NCBI GenBank assembly: GCA_015233565.1
Contig: JADFXM010000003.1
Span: 155,063 to 219,062, forward strand
DNA length: 64,000 nucleotides
Origin: Candidatus Rifleibacteriota bacterium
Lineage (GTDB): Bacteria > Muiribacteriota > Ozemobacteria > Ozemobacterales > Ozemobacteraceae
Direction of reading: 5' to 3'
Positions 26,847-36,465 of the stretch are shown here, piece by piece (position 1 is the stretch's first letter; the number at the start of each line of letters is the position of its first letter). Made by a program: the position numbers and the translations under genes. The notes below the pieces were generated by a model, which had not been told where the DNA came from, searched no databases, and saw nothing but the letters and a program-made list of their open reading frames with translations.

Positions 26847-29024
26847 ATGGATCTTTCATATAAACTTCTCATGTATTTTTTAATCGCAAATGTTGCCTTT
26901 ATGATTTTTTCCCTGATCTCTAAAGGCGTCCGAGTTTATAAGGCTTATCTTTTCCAACTTTCTTTGGTTCTGTTTTTCATGTTGTTTTCGTTAAAATACG
27001 ATGAAGATGGTTCCAAATCAATACTTATTTCTGTTTTCCTGCTTTTTTTGTTTGTGATACTTCCCTATATTCTCCAAAAAAGAATTGAGCTTTTGCTTTT
27101 TGAACAACGTTTTGACGAACTTGAATGGCCGGCGAAGGTAAAATCTCTTCTTGCCTGGAGCGCGATGAACTACCATATTCTTGAGCTGGCACGAGCGGTT
27201 AAACCATTTAGTCTTGATCCTGCTGTTGCCGAGAAAAATATCCTATTACTCCTTGGACGCGGTGAGCCGTTTGAAAGTTTAACGCGAATTTGTCTTGCTC
27301 AGGTATATATTAATCAGAGGAAATTCCAGGGTATTATCGATTGCTTATTCCCTCCCAATGTGAAAATTAGTGAATTGTCTTCTGAAGAAATGATATTTAT
27401 CACTCGCAGTTTGCTTGAAACGGAAAGATTTGAACAAGCAATTGAACTTCAGATTGCGCTTGAAGAAAAAGTGCAAACTGAGACAAATAAATACTTTCTT
27501 GACAGTGTAGTTGTTTCAAGACTGCTTCTTTTTTCGTTTCTCGGTTGGAAAGAAGATTTTGAAAACCTTCTTAAACCTGGAAATCAGGATTTGCCTTCTT
27601 TGCCTCCATTGATAAAAGAATTCTGGAACGGTGTAACTCTTTATAATTCAGGGAAATGCGAAGAAGGTCTGGGAATCCTGCGAACGATATTAAATTCACA
27701 GGAACTTGAGTTCTTCCCTGAAAATTGGCAGGGAGGAATTCGTTCAAGATATGAAGAATTGAACCAACGTCATGAGCGATTCTTGAAAGAAGTTTTCCCT
27801 AAACTTGAAGAAATTAAACAAAAAAATCATACGATTTTTCTCGAAAAACTTCAAAAGTTCACTGTTCGAAAGGAACCTATAAAAGGTCCTGTTATTGCCA
27901 CTTATTCTTTGATTCTGCTTTTGTCTCTGAGTTTCGGAATTTCTCGAGCTATGGGAAATCTTTTTGATATCGGGGATTTAGTTACTTTTGGCGCTAACAA
28001 TGCAATTCTCGTAGAAAATGGCGACTACTTCAGACTTTTTTCTTGCCTTTTTTTGCACATGGGTTGGATTCACTTTTTGATGAATATTCTGGCTTTGTAC
28101 TACATTGGTCCTTCACTTGAAGCTCGAACCGGAACCAGCATTTTTCTGGGGATATTCCTGATTTCAGGATTATCCGGAAGCATTGCAACGGTCTATTTTC
28201 ATCCTGGAATCTCTGTAGGAGTTTCCGGGGCAATTCTTGGCCTGTTAACGGCTTCAGCTGCGCTTGAACTATTTCAGAAAAAAAAGCCCAGGATTCTGGG
28301 TCCTGGTAGCAAATTGTCAGCGCTATTTTTTATTATTTTCCTGAATATTCTTATTGGCTTCTTCGAAAAAGGTGTTGATAATAGCGCCCATATTGGTGGA
28401 ATGATTGGCGGATTCCTTTCAGGTTTGACAGCAAGAGTTTTTTTGAAATTTTCTATTTTACGATTATTTGCCAAATTGATCTCCTGGGTTGGATTTATAA
28501 TTGTTTTGTTCATTTTGTTATCAAGCATTTCCACAAGCAAGCTTGAACTACCTTATTTGTTTGGTGGAGGTTTTGAACGGAAAAATATTGAATCTCTCGG
28601 CTATAAACTCAAAGTTCCCCAGAGATGGCTCTTCCAGGAACCAACCAAAAAAGAGCCAGAAAAATTTTCTATGACGGGGCCTCTAGGTGAAAGAATGGAT
28701 TTCCTCCTGGGAGAATGGTATGAAAATGGGGATGTTCTGGCAAAGGAATATTCCGATAACAGAACCAAAGGAATTTTGAAAAATTCTGAGTTAGAACTGA
28801 AAGGCGTTTCTGATCCTGCTTCATTTTCAGATGGAATCTGGGAATGTTGGGGAATGAAATGGCGACTTGAAGCTTTTGGAAGGCCATTCGTCCAAAAGGA
28901 CTATATTTGTCTGGCATCACAAACAGTCCTTTTTGTGCAATGCCTTTTACCTACCGACCGGGATACCGTTTATGACAATTTCTTAAAAAATGTCATTGGC
29001 GCAATAAAGCCGCTTAAACCCTGA
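26847..29024 (+). CDS. Rhomboid-family intramembrane serine protease with long N-terminal (TM + helical-repeat) and C-terminal extensions
   Basis: The central region FLHMGWIHFLMNILALYYIGPSLE...GVSGAILGLL...AHIGGMIGGF contains the rhomboid HxxxN, GxSG (catalytic Ser) and H-x4-G motifs. Confidence 0.8.
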   Translation: MDLSYKLLMYFLIANVAFMIFSLISKGVRVYKAYLFQLSLVLFFMLFSLKYDEDGSKSILISVFLLFLFVILPYILQKRIELLLFEQRFDELEWPAKVKSLLAWSAMNYHILELARAVKPFSLDPAVAEKNILLLLGRGEPFESLTRICLAQVYINQRKFQGIIDCLFPPNVKISELSSEEMIFITRSLLETERFEQAIELQIALEEKVQTETNKYFLDSVVVSRLLLFSFLGWKEDFENLLKPGNQDLPSLPPLIKEFWNGVTLYNSGKCEEGLGILRTILNSQELEFFPENWQGGIRSRYEELNQRHERFLKEVFPKLEEIKQKNHTIFLEKLQKFTVRKEPIKGPVIATYSLILLLSLSFGISRAMGNLFDIGDLVTFGANNAILVENGDYFRLFSCLFLHMGWIHFLMNILALYYIGPSLEARTGTSIFLGIFLISGLSGSIATVYFHPGISVGVSGAILGLLTASAALELFQKKKPRILGPGSKLSALFFIIFLNILIGFFEKGVDNSAHIGGMIGGFLSGLTARVFLKFSILRLFAKLISWVGFIIVLFILLSSISTSKLELPYLFGGGFERKNIESLGYKLKVPQRWLFQEPTKKEPEKFSMTGPLGERMDFLLGEWYENGDVLAKEYSDNRTKGILKNSELELKGVSDPASFSDGIWECWGMKWRLEAFGRPFVQKDYICLASQTVLFVQCLLPTDRDTVYDNFLKNVIGAIKPLKP

Positions 29025-29042
29025 TGAAACAGAATCAAAAAA

Positions 29043-30062
29043 ATGGTTAAAGAACCTGAGAAGCTTGATAAAGTAGAAAAAATCAGCCGAATCTCTCTTA
29101 TCAATCTTAAACGTGAAATCGGAAAAGTCATAATTGGAAATGAGAACGTGATTGATCCGGTTCTGGTTTCCATCTTTGCCGGAGGACATGTGCTTTTGGA
29201 GGGTGTCCCCGGGCTAGGTAAAACTCTTTTGGTAAAAACCCTCTCAAGAATTCTTCAAATGAGCTTCAAAAGGATTCAATTTACCCCTGACCTCATGCCC
29301 GCTGATATTATTGGTACCCAAATAATTCAGGAAGATGAAAAGAATCGAAAAAGTTTCGTTTTCCAGGAGGGTCCGATTTTTTCGAATATTGTACTCGCTG
29401 ACGAAATTAATCGTGCGACTGCTAAGACTCAATCCGCTCTTCTTGAAGCGATGGCCGAAGGAACAGTCACATCCGGGAGCGAAACACATCTTCTTCCCAA
29501 GCCATTTTTTGTCCTAGCTACTCAAAATCCCATCGAAATGGAAGGGACTTACCCCTTACCTGAAGCTCAGTTAGACCGTTTCTTTTTCAAAGTTCTCATT
29601 GATTCTCCGACAAAAGAAATGCTGGAAAATATTCTTGAAAAGACCACTGGAAATGAAGAACCGGAACTATTGAAAATGTTGGGTGGCGGTGAGTTGCTCG
29701 AGGGCCGAAAAACAATCAGAGAAATTCCCATCGCGAAACATCTGCGGGAAGCAATTGCACAGCTTATTTCTTCCACTCATCCAAAAAACCAATCATCTCC
29801 CCCACAAATTAAACGTTATGTTGCATATGGCAGTTCGCCCCGGGGCCTTCAAGCAATAGCACTTGGCGCAAAATCCATGGCGTTCCTTCGTGGTCGGAAT
29901 CATGTTTCTTTTGAGGAGATTAAGCTTGTTTGTAAACCAGCCTTGAGGCATCGGTTAATCCTGAATTTCGAAGGTGAAGCAGAAGGAATTTCTGTGGATG
30001 AGATTATCGATAAACTGGTTTCCCAAATTGAATCCAGCCTGGTTATCGGGAAGCCGGCATGA
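29043..30062 (+). CDS. MoxR-family AAA+ ATPase
   Basis: Walker A GVPGLGKT, Walker B VLADEINRA, and ATQNPIEMEGTYPLPEAQLDRF, which is diagnostic of MoxR/RavA-type AAA_3. Confidence 0.9.
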   Translation: MVKEPEKLDKVEKISRISLINLKREIGKVIIGNENVIDPVLVSIFAGGHVLLEGVPGLGKTLLVKTLSRILQMSFKRIQFTPDLMPADIIGTQIIQEDEKNRKSFVFQEGPIFSNIVLADEINRATAKTQSALLEAMAEGTVTSGSETHLLPKPFFVLATQNPIEMEGTYPLPEAQLDRFFFKVLIDSPTKEMLENILEKTTGNEEPELLKMLGGGELLEGRKTIREIPIAKHLREAIAQLISSTHPKNQSSPPQIKRYVAYGSSPRGLQAIALGAKSMAFLRGRNHVSFEEIKLVCKPALRHRLILNFEGEAEGISVDEIIDKLVSQIESSLVIGKPA

Positions 30063-30225
30063 AGTATCTCCGTCATTCGAGTTTTATTCGACATTGTACC
30101 GAATTTGTGCAGCCCATTTTTATAAATTTTACTTTTATCAGTATTGCGAAAATTTTCACAACCATGGACCAGGTAATTTTGAAAAAGCTGAATTTAATCC
30201 CCTTAAAATGATGCGAGATCTATAA

Positions 30226-30813
30226 GTGATAAATCTAAATTCTGAAATTGACACTAATACGCTGAAGCGCTTAAACGTTCCATTATTCTTAATTATTTGT
30301 CTCTTTTTTTTTCAGGGAATTCCTAAGCCCGAGCCACCGACTGCTGAAGAGCTGGTCGAGGTTGCATTTGGACAGTTAATGATGGATAACGTTTATGCTG
30401 CCGAAAAATTGTATTGTCAGGCTTATGAATTGGATAAAAATAACCCTGAGGCGATCAAAGGGTTGGGAATGGTAGCCATAATTAGAGAAAATCCGGAAGA
30501 AGCTTTTCAATATTTTTCAGTGCTTGAAGGAATAAAAAAAAGTGGTTTTAAAGATTTTCTTGATATTGGGCTTTTATTCGAGAAGCAGAAAAAATTTGAT
30601 AAAGCCGAAGAATTGTACAACTATGTTTTAAAAAACTATTCTGATTGCTTTCCGGCTTCTTATCGTCTCGCAAAAGTGGAATCTGAAACTGGTAGAAATA
30701 GCCAGGCATTGTCTCGCCTGGAAGAACTATTAAAAAAAATGCCAGAGGGTTTTGAGAAAAGCCAAGCTTCCGCAGGTTTAACCTTTTTACGCTCACAAAC
30801 TGGAACTAAATAA
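30226..30813 (+). CDS. Membrane-anchored TPR-repeat protein
   Basis: N-terminal TM segment (VPLFLIICLFFFQG) followed by TPR-like repeats (AEKLYCQAYELDKNNPEAIKGLG..., AEELYNYVLKNY). GTG start. The TAATG junction with the next gene is a 1-nt overlap. Confidence 0.65.
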   Translation: MINLNSEIDTNTLKRLNVPLFLIICLFFFQGIPKPEPPTAEELVEVAFGQLMMDNVYAAEKLYCQAYELDKNNPEAIKGLGMVAIIRENPEEAFQYFSVLEGIKKSGFKDFLDIGLLFEKQKKFDKAEELYNYVLKNYSDCFPASYRLAKVESETGRNSQALSRLEELLKKMPEGFEKSQASAGLTFLRSQTGTK

Positions 30814-32792
30814 TGTCAATTTCACCAAATGCACAAATGACAATCGATACCCAAATTACAGAGACTTCAAAACAGGATTTGCCAAGAGTTCTGGGAATTT
30901 CAGCTGTCAAAAATAAATTCCTGGGAATTCTTGCGTCGCTTCCTGATTTTCTTCTATTGCTCACGATTTTTCTTCCAATGATATTCCGTGAAAATGAAAT
31001 CGACGATTATCCCAGGCTTTGTACTGAATATTATTCTTTGTTTTTTGGAATGTTTTTTATTATTTCAGTTCAACTTCAGAATTTTTTTTCAGGTAGAAGC
31101 CTTTTTTCAGGAGCTTCATATTCCAAAACACGGATTTTTGTTATTCTTTTCTTTGTCTATTTGTTCTTTAATAGTTTCATGGCTTTTAATCCACTTCCGG
31201 CCCGGAAGCATCTTGCAGCAGTTTTGGGATTTTTCTTAATTGCCCAGAGTTTCCTTGACTGGCTTGAGTTTTCGCCCAAAAAGTTAAATAGAGCCATTTT
31301 TTTCATTGGTTTTGCCGTGGCATTTCAATTAGGAGTTGGATGCTTCGAATACAATGGTATTCCAAAACCGGTTGACCGGGAATATTCCAGTAAAGATTTG
31401 ATTTCTCCGGTGGGAGGTTTTTTTTCCACGAGGGCTTGGGGTTTTATTTGCTCGATTAAACCCGCTTCAGGATCAAAAGATAAAATATACGGGACCTTTA
31501 ACAATCAGAATTTTTTTGCAGAGTTTCTAATTTTAACTGTCCCACTAGTTGTTTTTTCGTTGTTTACTCAATCTAGAATTTTATATCGCTTGGCAATCTT
31601 CCTGTTTCTAATTCCTATGCAGGTTTTTCTTTACTATATTAACTGTCGCGCAGCCTGGATTGGATTGATTTCTGCTGGTGTGGCTGTGTTATTAACATTT
31701 AAATCTAAGTTAAGTAATTCAAGAAAATCACTTTTCCTTTTATTTTGCGTAATCTCAGTTTCCATAGCACTTTTGGCTTCTTATTTTTTCATTTTCTCAT
31801 CTCCTCAAAAACTTGCGGAGGACCCAAATATCGAAGGACGCCTCAGCAATTGGAAAGTTGCATTCCAGCTATGGCTTGATCATCCGATTTTCGGTTGTGG
31901 GTTGGGAAATTATAAATTGGTATCTGAAGATAAGGTAAGATCTCAGGTAAAGAGTGGAAAACTTCCGAAAATTTTTTCGGTTGCCCGATTTTTTCAAGTT
32001 CATAACGAGGTATTGCAAGCATTCGTTGAATTTGGCTTAATTGGCGGAATACTTATTTTTCTTGCTTTCGGGCTTTGGACTTACGAAACATTTCACAACC
32101 AATCATTGGAAGAGTATAAAAAAATTGGACTTTTTTGGGGAATTTTTGGCACGGTAATTGCCGGACAATTTGGATTCCCATTTCACATTTCTTCCACGGT
32201 ACTTTTTTTGCTTTTGTTCATTTGCATTGGCATTTCAAACAGTGAAAGAAAGCAAATTGAGCCCAATAGCGATAAAAAATCCATTTTTGTAATTAACTTT
32301 TTATCTATAATTTTACTGGTACTTGTTCTTGGAACGACATTTTTCCGTTCGATTTACCCGGTCTACCTTGGGGGATTGTATGAACGTCCAACTCCTTTTT
32401 TGGTTGAAAAACATCACTATGAGTGCGCGGAAAAAGCTATAGTTTTAGCGGATAGATTCATTAGATATAGAGGTGATTTAAGAATTGCTCTTCTCGAGTG
32501 TTTTGTTCATTTAGGAAAATTTCGCGAGGCGGCAATTCTATTTGAATTAAGTAAAAAGGAGGGTTTGCCTATTAATTCATTTTTTTGGGTGGCGACTTCG
32601 TATGCTTTGCTTGGCCGCTTTTTTGAATCTGCATTTTATTTTTGTGAGTTAATGAAATTTTATGACGACCAATCAAAACTTGCTGAAACGGTTGCTCGGG
32701 TTTCTCCTAAATTGGAATTTAATTTTGAATTACCTACTATTATTGAAAACTTGAATTACATAGGTTTTCTAAAACTTTTGAGATTGTTTTGA
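30813..32792 (+). CDS. Wzy_C (O-antigen ligase / PglL-PilO-like) polytopic membrane protein with C-terminal helical-repeat domain
   Basis: Multi-TM protein with FFQVHNEVLQAFVEFGLIGGILIF, the H-N-x-x-L-x-x-x-x-E-x-G-x-x-G loop motif of the Wzy_C family. Confidence 0.75.
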   Translation: MSISPNAQMTIDTQITETSKQDLPRVLGISAVKNKFLGILASLPDFLLLLTIFLPMIFRENEIDDYPRLCTEYYSLFFGMFFIISVQLQNFFSGRSLFSGASYSKTRIFVILFFVYLFFNSFMAFNPLPARKHLAAVLGFFLIAQSFLDWLEFSPKKLNRAIFFIGFAVAFQLGVGCFEYNGIPKPVDREYSSKDLISPVGGFFSTRAWGFICSIKPASGSKDKIYGTFNNQNFFAEFLILTVPLVVFSLFTQSRILYRLAIFLFLIPMQVFLYYINCRAAWIGLISAGVAVLLTFKSKLSNSRKSLFLLFCVISVSIALLASYFFIFSSPQKLAEDPNIEGRLSNWKVAFQLWLDHPIFGCGLGNYKLVSEDKVRSQVKSGKLPKIFSVARFFQVHNEVLQAFVEFGLIGGILIFLAFGLWTYETFHNQSLEEYKKIGLFWGIFGTVIAGQFGFPFHISSTVLFLLLFICIGISNSERKQIEPNSDKKSIFVINFLSIILLVLVLGTTFFRSIYPVYLGGLYERPTPFLVEKHHYECAEKAIVLADRFIRYRGDLRIALLECFVHLGKFREAAILFELSKKEGLPINSFFWVATSYALLGRFFESAFYFCELMKFYDDQSKLAETVARVSPKLEFNFELPTIIENLNYIGFLKLLRLF

Positions 32793-32803
32793 GATAAAAA
32801 AAA

Positions 32804-34465
32804 ATGCCTGAAAGACTTCTGATTGTTGGGTTGTTAATTGGAGTTGCATTTTTCTTTCCAAGTTTTCTGATTGCATTTCTTGAATCAAAAGAAGCTTTTT
32901 TAGCTGTTTTTTCTTTTGTTATTCTACTCAGGTTGTTTTTTTTACCTTCAATTAAGATAAAAAAGAATTTCTTTTTTCCTGTTTTTGTAATTTTTCTGGT
33001 TTCATTGGTTTTTTTTCTTCACCAACGCTTGGCAGGAAGTTTTATTTCGCTCAATTTTTATTATATTGCATTGTTCATGTTTGTTTTGATTTTGTTAAAC
33101 CAAGCTGAAAATCTAAACCCAGATGATGATTCCAGGCTTTTTGTTATTTTCTATAGCTTTTTTGTGATTCTGGGTCTTTTGGAATTCTTTGGTGTCACAT
33201 TATTTAATCATCCATTTCAGGGAACGACGCTTTTTGGAAACACCGAATTCTTTTCCTCTTTCTTTTCTCCCTTGTCAGTAATAGTTATTCCATTTTATCT
33301 CGCTTCCTCTAAAAATGGAAAATTGCTTTCCCTTTCATTATTAATAACTTCGGTTTTCTTTTATTTCTTACTTGGAAGCAGAATCGGCTTCATTTCAATG
33401 TTTTGTGGCTATCTTGTTTTTTTCATTGCCGGGGGAATTTCCCTTGATTTTGAAACCAAGAAATCATTAAAAAAACTGTTTTTAGTGTTTGGGATTTCTT
33501 TCTTTTTAGCAATTCTAGTTATCCCTAAGCTGACTTCCCACAGCAATGTAATCGAAAAATCTTTTCAGGAAGGGGGAAGCCAAAATATCCAAGTAAGGTT
33601 TGTTTTTTGGAAATTTGCTTTTGAAATGTTCCTCCAAAACCCGATTCTGGGCGTTTCTCCAGAAGGATTCAGATTTAATTACCCTTCGTTTCTTGACAAA
33701 TTTTTAAGCTTGAACCCTGACAAAAAGACATTGTTTGAATCAGGGGTTGCTGGAAATGTCCATTGCGAGCCACTTCAATTTTTAACTGAATATGGATTTC
33801 TAGTTTTTGTGCTTGTCTTTTTCTTGATTTTTAGAGGAATAATAAGATCCTTCAAGTTGCTTCAAAAAGCAACAAATGAAGAAAAAATCCGAGGTGTTGC
33901 TTCTTTCTCTATTATTATTTCTTTTTTCATCAATTCTCTTACCGGTCCGTCCTTTCATCTTTTTCCTACGACATTGTTAACCTTTTTCCTAGCTTACCGG
34001 TTTTTTAAAGACGAAGAAATAGAAATTCAACTTCCCCTGGATAAAAAATATTTAAGAATTTTGTTCTTTCTAATCGGATTGATTATTTCCGGGCAAATAT
34101 TTCTTTATTCGCTTTCTTCGCATTATTTCTACTTAGGGAGCTTTGAAAATGATTTTGCTTCAAGGGAAATTCTTTTTAAAAGAGCCCTGGACCTTAAACC
34201 GTTTGAACCCAGATATAGCGATGCCTTAGCCAACTTATACCTTGACCAGGGAAAACTGGATTTAGCTGCTGATAATTTAAGCTCAGCTTTGAAATTTTCA
34301 AATAACCCTGGTTTACTATTTACACTTGGAAGACTTAAGTTTGAGCAAAAAGATTATCGCGAAGCAACAAAAGCTTTTATTATTTTTTCACGATTGCAAC
34401 CGAATTCTAGTCTTGCGGAAAATTATCTGACCGAGATTCTGAAAAGAACTGGTCCTGCAAAATGA
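32804..34465 (+). CDS. Wzy_C (O-antigen ligase / PglL-PilO-like) polytopic membrane protein with C-terminal TPR domain
   Basis: Multi-TM protein with the Wzy_C-like loop GNVHCEPLQFLTEYGFLVF and C-terminal TPR-like repeats (ALANLYLDQGKLDLA..., FEQKDYREATKAF). Confidence 0.7.
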   Translation: MPERLLIVGLLIGVAFFFPSFLIAFLESKEAFLAVFSFVILLRLFFLPSIKIKKNFFFPVFVIFLVSLVFFLHQRLAGSFISLNFYYIALFMFVLILLNQAENLNPDDDSRLFVIFYSFFVILGLLEFFGVTLFNHPFQGTTLFGNTEFFSSFFSPLSVIVIPFYLASSKNGKLLSLSLLITSVFFYFLLGSRIGFISMFCGYLVFFIAGGISLDFETKKSLKKLFLVFGISFFLAILVIPKLTSHSNVIEKSFQEGGSQNIQVRFVFWKFAFEMFLQNPILGVSPEGFRFNYPSFLDKFLSLNPDKKTLFESGVAGNVHCEPLQFLTEYGFLVFVLVFFLIFRGIIRSFKLLQKATNEEKIRGVASFSIIISFFINSLTGPSFHLFPTTLLTFFLAYRFFKDEEIEIQLPLDKKYLRILFFLIGLIISGQIFLYSLSSHYFYLGSFENDFASREILFKRALDLKPFEPRYSDALANLYLDQGKLDLAADNLSSALKFSNNPGLLFTLGRLKFEQKDYREATKAFIIFSRLQPNSSLAENYLTEILKRTGPAK

Positions 34466-34532
34466 ATCCCTTTAAGGTTTCTGGGTGACACCTGGTCGTT
34501 GAGCGGAGCCGAAGCGCTTCCAATGGTGGTTA

Positions 34533-35405
34533 CTACCACTGATACCAATAAGAAGTTGTTACTGTTGCTGGAACGATATTTCCTGGTGAAGCAGCTAATA
34601 AATAACTTCCAAATTGGCTCCAGTGCTGAAGTGATTGCATCGCGCAGGAAGCAGCCACACCGGTGGATTCAGTCCAGGCTGATGGAAAAATGCCGGTTGC
34701 TGGGATACCGTTGATTTCAGCCCATTTTTCGATCATTACGTTGTCTAATAACCCGGTTCCGGTGGTCGAAAAAGACATTTCCAAGTCAGTCGCTCCAATA
34801 AGGGTAAAATATTGGGAAAAGCGGCACCATTCCGTGGAAGTCGAATGTATTTCTGCCAAGGGAGTCGGATCAAATTTTTTTGTTACTTTGGCAATGAACT
34901 CGTTGGTCGAAGTCCCTTTAAACCAATAGCTGAGGACATAGGTAGCAGGAGGTATCGGAAATAACGAAACGTATTGAGAAATTGCAGATTGAGTGACTAA
35001 CCACCCGTCTGGAATTCCATTTCCGGCAGTATAATCTCCTTGGTTTTTGTAGTCGAACCCTACATCTGTTTCAAGGCTCGGGTTTTTTACACAATTTATT
35101 ACTGTCCTCCAATTGAAAGGGAAATCCAATGAATTGAAGTTTGCTGAAGCACGGGGATACCTGCAAAGGGCAACAGTTGCAAGATTTGTAATTAAGTTTG
35201 AGGAATCTTGGTCGCTGAGTTTATCGGGATAACTTGCTAAAGCAGTTTTAATTCCACTTCTGAGATTATTAAGGTCTTCCTGTAGAATTTTTTCCTGAAG
35301 CCGTTTTTGAATGTTGGATTCATCAGGAAGAGAGAGCATTGCTTCAAGTACTAGAATACCGAAAAAAATGATCAGCAAAAAAATAATATTTCCCTTGCGA
35401 TTCAT
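34533..35405 (-). CDS. Signal-anchored secreted protein with C-terminal beta-sandwich (CBM/jelly-roll-like) region; function unknown
   Basis: 290-aa ORF with the N-terminal hydrophobic helix NIIFLLIIFFGILVL and then a pseudopilin-like helix (LNNLRSGIKTALASY). The C-terminal pattern YVLSYWFKG...EWCRFSQYF...LEMSF is reminiscent of carbohydrate-binding jelly-rolls. It is divergent from the pilin array. Confidence 0.5.
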   Translation of the reverse strand: MNRKGNIIFLLIIFFGILVLEAMLSLPDESNIQKRLQEKILQEDLNNLRSGIKTALASYPDKLSDQDSSNLITNLATVALCRYPRASANFNSLDFPFNWRTVINCVKNPSLETDVGFDYKNQGDYTAGNGIPDGWLVTQSAISQYVSLFPIPPATYVLSYWFKGTSTNEFIAKVTKKFDPTPLAEIHSTSTEWCRFSQYFTLIGATDLEMSFSTTGTGLLDNVMIEKWAEINGIPATGIFPSAWTESTGVAASCAMQSLQHWSQFGSYLLAASPGNIVPATVTTSYWYQW

Positions 35406-35422
35406 ATTCGCTTATTATATAT
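35394..35422 (+). promoter_or_regulatory. Sigma-70-type promoter of pilin gene A (-35 TTGCGA, 17-nt spacer, -10 TATATT)
   Basis: TTGCGA at 35394-35399 and TATATT at 35417-35422. The same hexamers with the same spacing precede copies B and C. The -35 element overlaps the first codons of the divergent gene. Confidence 0.5.
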
Positions 35423-35469
35423 TATCTGTGGGAGTTTGTGAATTTTTTAATCCCCCAAGGGAGGAAAAT

Positions 35470-36312
35470 ATGAATTTCTTGTCGAGAAAGCGCGGCTTTA
35501 CACTATTGGAGTTATTGATAGTCGTGGCGATTATCGCAGTTTTGATTGCTTTAGCTTTGCCGTTTTACCAAGATTATATTACAAAATCTAAATATACTGC
35601 TGCTCTGGCTGACTTGTCAAACATTCGCAAAGCAGTTCAGATGTATGAGCAGGTAGAACAAAGCTCATTGACAGTCTTCGATTTGCGGCCTCTGATCGGT
35701 GACTATCTCGAAGACTTCAGAAAAAGCGATTTGACTCAGACAACTCCGCGTGATCCCTATGGAAATGACTATTCCTTTAATCCTGAACGCGGTCTTCTAA
35801 TCTCTTATGGCCCGAACCATATGTGTGAAATGACAACAGCTGACTTGAAAGCAAGACGAGCTACCGGAGACGACATCTGTGTGACATATCTTCCGCCGTT
35901 TTATTTAATGAGGGTTTCTACTTTGAATAACCGCGAACTTGAACTTGAATTTTCTAGAAGAGTTAATGATAGTCTTATCAGCTCTGGGATGTTCGGATTT
36001 TATGTTCTTGACACTACCACTGGACAACCCAAAAATCCGGCTACAGGTGCAAACTTTAGTGGAAATGCTGAGATTTATCGAATTTCTTCGACAGTTTATC
36101 GTCTTCGATTTCAAGATGCTGACAAGCTTCAATCGGGTGCCTATTATCGCGCCTATGCGAATGGTGTAAAATCCCAAGGGGGAAGAAATCTTACAAGCGA
36201 CCCTGGAACTGTTGGAAACTGTGATGCTGACGACCGACCAGGAAGCGAAACAAAAACTAGCATGAACACAAATAATGGCGCTTGGCTTGATTTCAGCGCG
36301 CCTGCTTCATAA
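35470..36312 (+). CDS. Prepilin-type protein A: GspG-like pseudopilin/type IV pilin core + ~130-aa C-terminal Ig-like extension
   Basis: Class III signal KRG|FTLLELLIVVAIIAVLIALALP (Gly-1, Phe+1, Glu+5) and a GspG-like core ...PRDPYGNDYSF...ISYGPN. GGGAGG Shine-Dalgarno before the ATG at 35470; the track ORF is over-extended to 35311. The protein ends ...DFSAPAS. Confidence 0.85.
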   Translation: MNFLSRKRGFTLLELLIVVAIIAVLIALALPFYQDYITKSKYTAALADLSNIRKAVQMYEQVEQSSLTVFDLRPLIGDYLEDFRKSDLTQTTPRDPYGNDYSFNPERGLLISYGPNHMCEMTTADLKARRATGDDICVTYLPPFYLMRVSTLNNRELELEFSRRVNDSLISSGMFGFYVLDTTTGQPKNPATGANFSGNAEIYRISSTVYRLRFQDADKLQSGAYYRAYANGVKSQGGRNLTSDPGTVGNCDADDRPGSETKTSMNTNNGAWLDFSAPAS

Positions 36313-36326
36313 TTGAAAAAAAATTG

Positions 36327-36351
36327 GCCCTCCATAAAGGAGGGCTTTTTT
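36327..36351 (+). terminator. Intrinsic terminator after pilin gene A
   Basis: GCCCTCC (36327-36333), loop ATAAA, GGAGGGC (36339-36345), then TTTTTT. Confidence 0.8.
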
Positions 36352-36391
36352 GCTTTTAGGAAAAAAAATCTTCTTAAATAATAATTTTCCC

Positions 36392-36420
36392 TTGCGATTC
36401 ATAATTGTTTGCTATATATT
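36392..36420 (+). promoter_or_regulatory. Sigma-70-type promoter of pilin gene B
   Basis: TTGCGA at 36392-36397, 17-nt spacer, TATATT at 36415-36420, inside the conserved repeat. Confidence 0.5.
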
Positions 36421-36465
36421 TCTTATAGAGTAAATTAGCTTTCTTAATCTCCAAGGGGGGAATAC

